From a virus (Duplodnaviria > Caudoviricetes), in IMG/VR virus record IMGVR_UViG_3300032225_001145, positions 32,001 to 96,000 of that record: a stretch of DNA of 64,000 nt; one strand, given 5' to 3'. The position numbers and the translations under genes were made by a program. Shown piece after piece: positions 48,110 through 57,155 of this stretch (its first letter is position 1; every line of letters begins with the position of its first letter). Below the pieces are notes generated by a model, which was given only the letters and a program-made list of their open reading frames with translations, ran no database searches and had not been told where the DNA came from.

Positions 48110-49159
48110 TTGATTGAACAACAATATTTGATTTAGTTCTTCTTTTGTATATTCTGATCTTAAGTTTCCAGATTCTGCGCCTAACCCTCTTATTGGCACC
48201 ATCTCAACGGACAATAAATGTCTTGGAAGATTATACTGTTTCATAACTTGGTTGATTTCGTCAGCTAGTTCAATTGCTTGATCGATGATTCCAGGTTTGG
48301 CCATGAGCTTAACAATAAACTGTGTTAAATTTTTTGTACCTAGAGATAACTTATTAGCAATAGCAGATACATTTTTTATGAATAATTCTTTTTTCATAAA
48401 CTCAAAATGTGCGCTGAATATTAATATATTATAATTGTCACAATTTTTCTCCCAGTACTTAGAGCCCTGACTTCCGTTTGACACTAACATAGTCCATTGA
48501 TTTTTACTACTGAGATATTGTATAAAAGGTTCAAAGTCAGGATTTAGTGTTGGTTCACCCCCGCCAAAGTACCAACGGATAGGATTACCATCACTCCAAT
48601 TATCGATAGCATAATTGGCTGTTTTAATTAATGTGTCCAAACTTTTATGTGGATCTGTTGTGTTATGTACATCGGGCCAGCAATAACTACAATTATAATT
48701 ACACTGGCGGCCTATATCCCATAGTATTTGTTTAGGTACTTTATGAGTAAACTTTACAGCATCGATGCTGTTAATATCGATAAACTTCTGATCAAGATCT
48801 GTAGTATGTTCATTTATAAAATCAATAGCAGATGAATTTTTATATTTTGTTACTACTATATCAGAACCGCAACCACAAGATTCGTAAGGACATATAACAG
48901 TTTCTTTAGGTATGGTAAAATTTTGATTAATATTACCTAAATGTCCCCATGCTGGTTTATTATTTTTTAAAAGCCACTTGCCTACACCGCCAGAGCAATT
49001 ACCATTCCACACATTACCGTCAAAATCTATGTATAAACTTTGGATTCCAGTACTGCATGCCCATCCTTGAAATTTATTTAATTTAGCAGTAACAATATCT
49101 TCTATACTTGCCAGCACTTTACGATTGTCGTCAGTAAGTATGACTAATTGTTTAGCCAT
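48104..49159 (-). CDS. Radical SAM protein with N-terminal (permuted) SPASM/twitch-like domain
   Basis: WACSTG...C...CPYESCGCGSD precedes CNYNCSYC, GGEPT, SNG. Confidence 0.8.
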   Translation of the reverse strand: MAKQLVILTDDNRKVLASIEDIVTAKLNKFQGWACSTGIQSLYIDFDGNVWNGNCSGGVGKWLLKNNKPAWGHLGNINQNFTIPKETVICPYESCGCGSDIVVTKYKNSSAIDFINEHTTDLDQKFIDINSIDAVKFTHKVPKQILWDIGRQCNYNCSYCWPDVHNTTDPHKSLDTLIKTANYAIDNWSDGNPIRWYFGGGEPTLNPDFEPFIQYLSSKNQWTMLVSNGSQGSKYWEKNCDNYNILIFSAHFEFMKKELFIKNVSAIANKLSLGTKNLTQFIVKLMAKPGIIDQAIELADEINQVMKQYNLPRHLLSVEMVPIRGLGAESGNLRSEYTKEELNQILLFNQL

Positions 49160-50108
49160 CCTTATATTCCTTAGTACTCATAATATCAAAGTTACAGTGG
49201 CACATTTTTTTAGTACAGCGTATTGGGTCAGTTGGCAAAGTTAAATTAGTATCGAAGATATTGCCAATGGACCCGCCTTCGAGGCACCAACCACGAGAAA
49301 TTTTACCGCGCTGATCTACAATTAATTGTTCAACTCCGGCGTAACAGTCCCAGCCCGACCAATCATTTGCTTTTTCGTTAATAAATCTATGGGCACTTAC
49401 TACCAACGATTCGCCGCTGGGGTACAACATTTTCATTGCTCCCCTATAGTAATCAAATGATTTAGTAAATTTAATATGCTTACTAATCAACTCATGCTGG
49501 TCGTCTATGACTTTCTTTTGTTCGGGAGTATAGTCATATAGCACTTCGCCAAAGTCATGAATAAGCGGCTGTAATGCCATAGAAATATTGCCTAACTCCT
49601 TAATCTTGTTAGCAATCTCAAAACAAAAATCAAATTTTGTAGGATCCATCATGATATTAACATGTGTCCTTACATCATTGTTTAATGCTTTAACAACTTC
49701 AACGAAATGATCAGCATCTGCAAATTCAGGATGAAAACTCAAACACACATGATCAAAATATTGTTTATGTTCATTCCAATATCTTAAAGTCCTAGATCCG
49801 TTGGATATAAGTCCTACCTTCACACCTTGCTCTGTACAGTACCGACATATATCTATAAAGTGTTTATATAAAGTTACTTCACCACCAGTAAATTCAAAAT
49901 AAAGTTTTTTATTAGGATGAGTGGCTTTTACTGTTTGTATAAAATTTTTAATTGTATCTGGAGTTGGCCAAGGATTAGTTCCGTTGTGTAAATTTTCTGG
50001 GCAATAACTACAACTAAAATTACATGTATTGCCTAAACACCAATTAACTACAAACCATTCTGTGTTAAAAGGGTTAGCATGTTCTAATTTATAATATTTT
50101 TTTTGCAT
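49152..50108 (-). CDS. Radical SAM protein with C-terminal SPASM/twitch-like domain
   Basis: CNFSCSYC, TGGEVT, SNG; WDCYAG...WC...CTKKMCHCNFD. Confidence 0.85.
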   Translation of the reverse strand: MQKKYYKLEHANPFNTEWFVVNWCLGNTCNFSCSYCPENLHNGTNPWPTPDTIKNFIQTVKATHPNKKLYFEFTGGEVTLYKHFIDICRYCTEQGVKVGLISNGSRTLRYWNEHKQYFDHVCLSFHPEFADADHFVEVVKALNNDVRTHVNIMMDPTKFDFCFEIANKIKELGNISMALQPLIHDFGEVLYDYTPEQKKVIDDQHELISKHIKFTKSFDYYRGAMKMLYPSGESLVVSAHRFINEKANDWSGWDCYAGVEQLIVDQRGKISRGWCLEGGSIGNIFDTNLTLPTDPIRCTKKMCHCNFDIMSTKEYKDG

Positions 50109-50116
50109 TGTGATCT

Positions 50117-50713
50117 TTATTTAATTCCAATTATCATATATCTAGTAAATTGCCATTCAGGATAAACAAACAATTTTTCGCCTTGATATAATATCTTAGC
50201 AAGCGGGTAATGAGTTATAAACTCGTCTAATGTAGCAGAATGTACAATATGATCGTCGTGCGGCATATTATTACCTTGTAATATTACTCGTGTGCCCGAT
50301 GGGATCTGACTAAACCATTCCATACTTTCAAAATGCTCTGTACTAGTGTTTATAATTAAATCAAGTATTCCGCTGTCGTACTCTGTAGTCTGACTAAGGC
50401 GAGGATTATTACAATCTTCAGTAAATGCTTTGAACTGCCATTCTTTAATAACCCAATTTTCATTTATCATATCAGCAATGGCTTCACAACTAGGATCAAT
50501 ATCGTAACTATATATTTTTCTTACTTGAAATTTTTTGCGACTTAACAATAAAAATGCTGTTAGTCCGTACCAGCCGCCAAAAATTCGTGTTAAGTCAGAA
50601 GACCATTCTAACTTTTCTAGTTCTTCGCATAACCATAATTTACTATCTATCTGACCGTTTGAAAAAGCATCTTTATCTAACATTTTACCAACTTTCTTGT
50701 TGTCGAATAACAT
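50117..50713 (-). CDS. Class I SAM-dependent methyltransferase-like
   Basis: IFGGWYG, YDIDP, INTSTEH, RYMIIG. Confidence 0.7.
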   Translation of the reverse strand: MLFDNKKVGKMLDKDAFSNGQIDSKLWLCEELEKLEWSSDLTRIFGGWYGLTAFLLLSRKKFQVRKIYSYDIDPSCEAIADMINENWVIKEWQFKAFTEDCNNPRLSQTTEYDSGILDLIINTSTEHFESMEWFSQIPSGTRVILQGNNMPHDDHIVHSATLDEFITHYPLAKILYQGEKLFVYPEWQFTRYMIIGIK

Positions 50714-51617
50714 CCATCTCGCACACCATTATGCCTTTATTGTGTCGTTCAGTTAGGTAATGTTGTTTAAAAAATTTACTAGCATTTTCGTCTAACATTA
50801 CCATAGGCAAATCTAATTGAGTGGTTAGCTCTGTAGCGATTCTTCCTGCTATTTGTTCAGGATTGTGTCCGTCAATTGTATCATAAATTAATTTAAGTGC
50901 GTCAAAGTTCTGTACTTCCTTGTAGTCCCAATTAGGATTTAACATTAACATATAAGTACCCATTCTAGCACCTAGTATAGCATAAATTCCATTTTCAACA
51001 TCGCGCCCAACATTATGCCAGATTGTTAAATTATTTAAATTACGATTATTAACTTTAAAATCTTCTAATGTAGGTTTACGGCCGCGATCCAAACACATCT
51101 TAACCCCTTCACGGAAACCTGCTCGCCATGCTTGATAAGGACTAGCGTTAGGATATGTTGTTGAGTAACAGTCCCACATAGCAATATATTTAGGATAGAA
51201 ACAAAATTCTACATCATTCTCAGGACTACCATCACTATTTTCGTGAGTTTTCATATTGTGTATGAAATTTTTAGTCCAGCAACTAACTCCACCATTACCA
51301 TACATTAGTCCGTTAATTATATTACGGGCTTTCCAACGAAAAACACAATCTTCACTTGTATCATCAACAGTTAATGTAAGATCAAAAAAACTATCGTCTG
51401 GAATATTATCACCATCAATTAATATAAATCTATCTGTAATAGACGCATCGGCCGCTGCTTTATGTGCGGCGTCTGATCCTTTTATGCCATCTATACGGTT
51501 AGCCCACGGCACCATGTTTTTAATTTGAGCCCAATTTTCTTCTTTGTTAGGTTCGTCATATGACAAATATACACAATCTAATTCTGCTATATCTATTTTT
51601 TTCACTTCATACTCCAC
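50685..51617 (-). CDS. Glycosyltransferase-like protein
   Basis: DCVYLSYDEPN, AAHK, IDGDN, YGNGGV, AWRAGFREG. Confidence 0.65.
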   Translation of the reverse strand: MEYEVKKIDIAELDCVYLSYDEPNKEENWAQIKNMVPWANRIDGIKGSDAAHKAAADASITDRFILIDGDNIPDDSFFDLTLTVDDTSEDCVFRWKARNIINGLMYGNGGVSCWTKNFIHNMKTHENSDGSPENDVEFCFYPKYIAMWDCYSTTYPNASPYQAWRAGFREGVKMCLDRGRKPTLEDFKVNNRNLNNLTIWHNVGRDVENGIYAILGARMGTYMLMLNPNWDYKEVQNFDALKLIYDTIDGHNPEQIAGRIATELTTQLDLPMVMLDENASKFFKQHYLTERHNKGIMVCEMDVIRQQESW

Positions 51618-51919
51618 TTAATATTAGGCTCACTATCTTGTACTACTATAGAAATATCATCTGGATGACACGGAGTCCCGTTTTTGTCAGGATATAGTCT
51701 CCTAACTATTGATGTTTCTATTAATACTATCTTACCATCGACTACCCTAAAATATTTAGGCGGATCTACATATTCTTCTCTAGTAATATCTATATAGTTA
51801 CCTGGTAAATCTTCTTGGCTAAAAAATAATGGCGCACCTTGGTCGTCGTAATACAATCTATATAATATAGATTTTGTCTCTACTGTCTTAAATGCTGACC
51901 AAAATTCCTGTTCATTCAT
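51602..51919 (-). CDS. Hypothetical protein
   Basis: 105-aa ORF in operon. Confidence 0.65.
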   Translation of the reverse strand: MNEQEFWSAFKTVETKSILYRLYYDDQGAPLFFSQEDLPGNYIDITREEYVDPPKYFRVVDGKIVLIETSIVRRLYPDKNGTPCHPDDISIVVQDSEPNIKWSMK

Positions 51920-52193
51920 CTTTTAATCCGTGATGTGGTTTATCGATATCTTGAAATAGCCGTTTTTCTTGAGCTGTTAACTTATCTTTGGTCGTTTTAT
52001 TGTGTCTAGGACTGGCACACATTGGACAATTTGATACCCCGCAGTCCATTGCGTGGTGTTTAGCAAGACGATGCGGCTCTGCTATAGATTTAGTTAATCC
52101 ATATGTTTTAGCAATTTTTAATTGTTTCTTAATAGCATTCCATGCCTTGTGTAAACGCTTGCTATGCTTAAATTTATCGTTATCGTTACTCAT
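51912..52193 (-). CDS. Small basic protein with Cys/His motif
   Basis: HHAMDCGVSNCPMC. Confidence 0.65.
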   Translation of the reverse strand: MSNDNDKFKHSKRLHKAWNAIKKQLKIAKTYGLTKSIAEPHRLAKHHAMDCGVSNCPMCASPRHNKTTKDKLTAQEKRLFQDIDKPHHGLKDE

Positions 52194-52911
52194 TTGCTAG
52201 TTCCTTTATATGATAATGTAATAAACCCCACTGTGCTATAGTATTAATCCTAACGCCAGGATTGCTATATTCTACTACTAATTCTTTAGTCCAATCTTCA
52301 CCTATAGTACCTATAATATGTTTTTTCATGTGTACTATAGTAGGACCTAGATTGACTGGCAATGTTACAGTTTCCTCTCCTAATATCACAGCCGCAATAC
52401 CATAGACTACATCGGTAGTTGGCTCAGGATCGGGAAATTTTAATATAGATTTATAAGTTTCCCACTTCTCAAATATATCTTTAACTAGTTGAAAAAATTG
52501 TTTAGCGGTAGTACCCTTTTGCCAGTAAGTGATAGCATTGTAAACATCTGGGAGATTGTTATTATCAAATATTTTACGATAATATCTTGACTTACCAGAC
52601 TGGTCATAAAAATCTCTACACCCTTGGCTAATGACCACTTCTCGGTTAGCAAATAAATCCCACCAATGGTCGATTGGACTAGCACACAACATATCAGCCT
52701 CTAATTTAATAGTTTGTTCATACGGGCTAGCATCATAACATTGCCAATCGTTAGCAAACCCAGAAAATTTTCCATAAGGTAGCATATCTTCTGTTAGTAT
52801 AGTTATATTAGCATCAGGATGCCATTGTTTTATACTATCGGCGAGCTTGGTAGCACATTTTACATAAATGTCTCCTATTGCCGGAATAAGATAACCTTGT
52901 TTAATCGGCAA
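52186..52911 (-). CDS. Putative nucleotide-sugar transferase (GT-A-like)
   Basis: SPYEQTIKLEADM, HMK; paralog of next gene. Confidence 0.55.
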   Translation of the reverse strand: MPIKQGYLIPAIGDIYVKCATKLADSIKQWHPDANITILTEDMLPYGKFSGFANDWQCYDASPYEQTIKLEADMLCASPIDHWWDLFANREVVISQGCRDFYDQSGKSRYYRKIFDNNNLPDVYNAITYWQKGTTAKQFFQLVKDIFEKWETYKSILKFPDPEPTTDVVYGIAAVILGEETVTLPVNLGPTIVHMKKHIIGTIGEDWTKELVVEYSNPGVRINTIAQWGLLHYHIKELANE

Positions 52912-53695
52912 TTAAATCTCCTAAATGTTTTTTACCCATGGCATGAAAATCTTGGGATAAAGTAATGTATCTTGGTTTGCTATCGGGTGTTAGAAAATCT
53001 ATGCGATAATTATCTTCGTTTATTTGAGATAATTTATGCACTGGTGTTAAAGATGCTAGACTCCAAGGAATACCTTTGTGATCTATTGTATGACCGTTAA
53101 CCATATTCAGTGCTATACTCAAAGCAAAATCATTTCTGTATGTTGGATGCACAATATTATATAGATCCTTATAATGTTGCCAATTATTTTTTATCATAGT
53201 CATCGAAGCGAAAATTAACTCAGCTTCTTTAGATCTTCTAAACATCATTACAGTTGCCCACCACATTGGCATATTATAATGACCAAAATTATTAAGCTCA
53301 TCAAAGTTATCTAGATTAGTAACGTCGTATGCTGTCTTGTGCGCTAGAAAATTTTCTTTCATAGCGATTACTTTTTTGAGCTCATTGCTTGCCACTACAT
53401 AGTCCGCATCTAATACTAGAGTTTGTGACCATGGCGTTAGTTCATACGCATCTACACGGTTGCCGTTAAACCATGTAACATTATGTTCTTGATCAGCAAA
53501 TTTTCTAATATCTCCATTGTAGGGTTTAGCTGGAATAACTTGTTCAAAAAAATAATTATTAGGAACTATTTGATCTGTTACTACTGCTACAGGTAATTGT
53601 AAATGTCTGCGAATATTTTTAGCCGACCAATTAGCCATAGCAAGATAATCTATGTGTTCATTATTAAAAGCAAAAATTAATACACCTGATGTCAT
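52901..53695 (-). CDS. Putative nucleotide-sugar transferase (GT-A-like)
   Basis: TPWSQTLVLDADY (DxD), RNDFAL, HAMGK. Confidence 0.6.
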   Translation of the reverse strand: MTSGVLIFAFNNEHIDYLAMANWSAKNIRRHLQLPVAVVTDQIVPNNYFFEQVIPAKPYNGDIRKFADQEHNVTWFNGNRVDAYELTPWSQTLVLDADYVVASNELKKVIAMKENFLAHKTAYDVTNLDNFDELNNFGHYNMPMWWATVMMFRRSKEAELIFASMTMIKNNWQHYKDLYNIVHPTYRNDFALSIALNMVNGHTIDHKGIPWSLASLTPVHKLSQINEDNYRIDFLTPDSKPRYITLSQDFHAMGKKHLGDLIAD

Positions 53696-54000
53696 CTATT
53701 TTTGCTTAGTTGTGTGTATTCTTCGAACCACGACTTCATAGTTTCTTGCCAACGTGTTTGTGCCAATTTTAATAACTCTTTGTGATCAGCTATAACCGGC
53801 GTCTCGTACAAATCAAGTAGGTATATCCCTTGCTGACCTTCGGCCGCGGTTAATATATTAATTAGTTCAGGTCCAGCTTTAAACATTCCACCGTTGTAAG
53901 CAAAAACAAGTTTACTTTGGTATTTTTCTTTGAGGGTTCTTTTAGCTGCCGCATGATCAAATCGGGCGCGGCCGTGAGCGATTAAATTATCAGTATCCAT
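53692..54000 (-). CDS. Hypothetical protein
   Basis: 102-aa ORF heading the GT operon. Confidence 0.65.
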   Translation of the reverse strand: MDTDNLIAHGRARFDHAAAKRTLKEKYQSKLVFAYNGGMFKAGPELINILTAAEGQQGIYLLDLYETPVIADHKELLKLAQTRWQETMKSWFEEYTQLSKNR

Positions 54001-54032
54001 ACGATTATTATACTAGAAAAACAGAAAAAAGT

Positions 54033-54052
54033 AAAGGGGATTAACCCCTTTT
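54033..54052. terminator. Hairpin terminator (possibly bidirectional)
   Basis: AAAGGGG-ATTAA-CCCCTTT flanked by A and T runs. Confidence 0.65.
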
Positions 54053-54066
54053 GGTAATACTAAATT

Positions 54067-55014
54067 TTATGATAAAGATGTTGCTACTGTAGAAGCGACA
54101 GTTGGTGCGCCCCAAACATTTGCCAAATGTGTAGTTTCTGGTGGGAAATATGTTACTACTGTTGCAGGAGCACTTCCAAAAGAAATGCCAGTGGTTGCTG
54201 TGCCGCCGCTAATATTTACAGCTGAATTGCCAGCTGGGCTATGCCAAGTTGTAACAAGAGTAAGAATAGGAGCCGCATAAGCCGCTGTAATTTGTATATA
54301 ATCACCAGAATAAGTATAACCTGAAGGATATTGCTTATAAATTATAGCAGGCGTAGATGTTAGTTGAGCAAATCCTGTGCTAGTTGCTAACACAGTTGGA
54401 GTGCCGTTGCCGCCAACTTTAGTAGTGCCTGTATACGTTACACCGTTAATTGTTTTACTTGCTCCAGTACTTGTCAAATAAATTGTGCCAGCTGTCGTAG
54501 CAAGCGTATTCCAAGTTGCGTCGGCTGCATTGCCTGTGGAGGTTTTGCTGAATTGAACTTTAATAGTTGCGCCTGCATTAAAGAAATAAGTTGCCGCGTT
54601 AGCATTAGCAAAAGTAACAGTATCAGTGAATGTTATTGTCCAAGCTGAAGTTCCAGATCCAGCACCAGACAATGCACTGGCATTACCTGTCCATCCAGTA
54701 AATTGAGTACCTTGAGTAGCCGCATTAAATTTATTAGTAGTAATATTAGCGATATCATTACCTAAATTATTTAAAACTATAATTGTGTTGCCTACTTGAG
54801 GATTAGTTCTTGTTGTGATAGATGTGCCTTGATGGCTAGCACTATTACTAACATGGGCATTTAAATTTGCCCAAGAATTAGCAGTGACCGTGTTTCCAAT
54901 AGATACGTTAGCTGTAGCTGATTGGCCGTAGCTTGTATTCCATACGGCATTTACATTGCCATTAAAGCCATTATAATCTGCCGCTTGTACTACGCCGCCG
55001 GTAACATACGTCAT
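54067..55014 (-). CDS. Virion structural protein (tail/fibre-like)
   Basis: Thr/Ala/Gly/Asn-rich beta-structured composition within structural block. Confidence 0.6.
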   Translation of the reverse strand: MTYVTGGVVQAADYNGFNGNVNAVWNTSYGQSATANVSIGNTVTANSWANLNAHVSNSASHQGTSITTRTNPQVGNTIIVLNNLGNDIANITTNKFNAATQGTQFTGWTGNASALSGAGSGTSAWTITFTDTVTFANANAATYFFNAGATIKVQFSKTSTGNAADATWNTLATTAGTIYLTSTGASKTINGVTYTGTTKVGGNGTPTVLATSTGFAQLTSTPAIIYKQYPSGYTYSGDYIQITAAYAAPILTLVTTWHSPAGNSAVNISGGTATTGISFGSAPATVVTYFPPETTHLANVWGAPTVASTVATSLS

Positions 55015-55028
55015 CAGTATTTCCTATT

Positions 55029-56321
55029 TTATTTGATAGTGACAATAGCTTCAACAGTACCTAAGCCAGCGTCTAGCTTATCTACTAACGAACGACCAAT
55101 AACATTAAATGCTGTTGCTTCGCCTGCTTTAGCAGCTCTTGCCATACCGTTACCAGCAGACACTAACCGATCGCCTTTACTAACAACGCCTGTAACTTGA
55201 ACTGGTACCCGACCTGTCATAGCTACTGGTGGATGAGTTGCGTCATTGCCAGCGCCATTATTCATCAAGTAAGCAGCTTGTGTACTGATAACTCCGAATA
55301 CGGAATCACTTAACTCTGTATTAGATTTTGTAATTTCTGCTGTGCCGCCTAACTCAACTACTGTGCCTGGAGCATATTCTGTATCAGCTTCAAATCTTTC
55401 TGCTACGTCAGCATAGTTAGCCGTAATTCCATATTGACTACTAACAATACCAGTTGATCCAGCAATAAACAATGCTGAAGATACAACGCCACCTACATTT
55501 ACATTGAACGAAACATTTCCGTTTAATTGTTTATTAGTTAAGGTAGCTTGTGTACTAGTAGCAGTATCCAATGTAAATGAGCTATTAGCGCCAATTGCTA
55601 AACCATTATTGTTAAGGACTCTAACTGTGCCAGTAGTCGATGTGTTAGCATCGGTACGCATAAATGAATTAGCGTATAAACCGCTTAATGTCTGTGCGCT
55701 AGTTGCGGTACCATTATACAATGGTACTTGACCTGTTGTAAGAATCGTTGCTAATGTAATGCCAGGTTTAACCGTAGGAAATCCTGCTATTGCCGTTTGT
55801 GGTGTGAAGGTGGCGTCTTGTGAAATAATTCCAACAATTTGATTTTCTACATATAATTCAACTACAACGTGAGAAGTTGAAGTATTGTCTACGATAGTAT
55901 TAGCAATAGCGCCAGTAATACCAGTTGTCTGATTGTAAATTGGACCTACTAATAACCATGTTGACCCTGTCCAAACATAAAGTTGTTGAGCAGTAGTATT
56001 ATACCATAAATCGCCTTGGCTATTATTTGTTGGAGCAGTACTAGCTGCTTGTGAACCACCCAACGATTTCCAACCTACGCTATTACGAACTTGTAAAACG
56101 CCCGTTGTTGTGTTAAACCATAGTTGGCCTACCAAAGGATTTGTAGGAGCTGTGCTGTTAGCAGCATTTTCCAATAAATGTACAAAATTATCATCTAAAA
56201 ACTGACCGTAACCAGCATAATTTTTGCCCACCAAAGTTTGTGAACAGGCAACTGAATTGATTGTTCCATTTGGTATGGTAGCTAATATGTTACCATTCGT
56301 TAGTGTAATTGTATATGACAT
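55029..56321 (-). CDS. Tail fibre-like protein with C-terminal chaperone-like domain
   Basis: LVGKNYAGYG, GQLWFNT/GDLWYNT repeats, YADVAERF...GRVPV...GDRLVS. Confidence 0.7.
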   Translation of the reverse strand: MSYTITLTNGNILATIPNGTINSVACSQTLVGKNYAGYGQFLDDNFVHLLENAANSTAPTNPLVGQLWFNTTTGVLQVRNSVGWKSLGGSQAASTAPTNNSQGDLWYNTTAQQLYVWTGSTWLLVGPIYNQTTGITGAIANTIVDNTSTSHVVVELYVENQIVGIISQDATFTPQTAIAGFPTVKPGITLATILTTGQVPLYNGTATSAQTLSGLYANSFMRTDANTSTTGTVRVLNNNGLAIGANSSFTLDTATSTQATLTNKQLNGNVSFNVNVGGVVSSALFIAGSTGIVSSQYGITANYADVAERFEADTEYAPGTVVELGGTAEITKSNTELSDSVFGVISTQAAYLMNNGAGNDATHPPVAMTGRVPVQVTGVVSKGDRLVSAGNGMARAAKAGEATAFNVIGRSLVDKLDAGLGTVEAIVTIK

Positions 56322-56370
56322 TTATTTTACTCCGTCCTTTGTATTATTTATGGCCATTTAATATGTATAT

Positions 56371-56979
56371 TTATGCGGCACTTAAATTTGTTAATGTCTG
56401 TATTCTAAGGGTGTAATCTATCTGAATTTGACGATTTAAACTCTTTTGCACAGGATGGAAAATAACATGGGTGATTAGGAACAAATTGGTGGCAGAACCG
56501 TTCCAACATTGTAATCCTAGCTCATCAAACACATATTCTCCATTAAAATTGGTACTATTATCAAACGCTTGTTGTCCAGCAGGCTGACCATAGTCTAATA
56601 AACAAGAAACCAATATATCTGTATAAGGATTTCCCGATGTATGTAATACCGTCATTTTGTTATTTGCCGGGTCTAAATTTGAGGCAGAATTTTGATCCAC
56701 CACTTGAGCATAAGTTTCGTTATACAAACTAGCATTTTGCCCTGTTACATTAGGTGGCAAATATGTAATAACACCCGTTGGGTCTACCGCTGATCCACCA
56801 TTACCAAAAGCCATAGTGTAAATCCAGCCTTTTCCTTGATCGCTAAGGGTATTAGCCATAGCAATTGAAATATTTTCATAATTAATGGCATTCTTTTTAT
56901 CTACTAAAACTTCACCAGTGGTTGGATCAGTAATTTTAATAAATCCTTCAATTTTAGCTAAACCGGGTTGAATAATCAT
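56371..56979 (-). CDS. Putative baseplate/tail structural protein
   Basis: MAFGNGG, FDELGL, THVIFHPVQKS; structural block. Confidence 0.55.
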   Translation of the reverse strand: MIIQPGLAKIEGFIKITDPTTGEVLVDKKNAINYENISIAMANTLSDQGKGWIYTMAFGNGGSAVDPTGVITYLPPNVTGQNASLYNETYAQVVDQNSASNLDPANNKMTVLHTSGNPYTDILVSCLLDYGQPAGQQAFDNSTNFNGEYVFDELGLQCWNGSATNLFLITHVIFHPVQKSLNRQIQIDYTLRIQTLTNLSAA

Positions 56980-57113
56980 GCTTTCTGCTCCACAAATACT
57001 TTGCGTGTTTTTGGGTCGTAAATTTTTATAAACCCGTCAACTGTAACTGACCCTGTATCGTTAGGTCTTTTTTGAGGTTGAACTTGCTGCTGATTAGGTG
57101 TTTTATTTTCCAT
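56976..57113 (-). CDS. Small protein (45 aa)
   Basis: MENKTPNQQQ...VDGFIKIYDPKTRKVFVEQKA*; TAAATA-N7-ATG; ATGA overlap with next gene. Confidence 0.65.
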   Translation of the reverse strand: MENKTPNQQQVQPQKRPNDTGSVTVDGFIKIYDPKTRKVFVEQKA

Positions 57114-57155
57114 TGTACTGTATTTATTATGATTAATATCCGCCATGTATTTACC

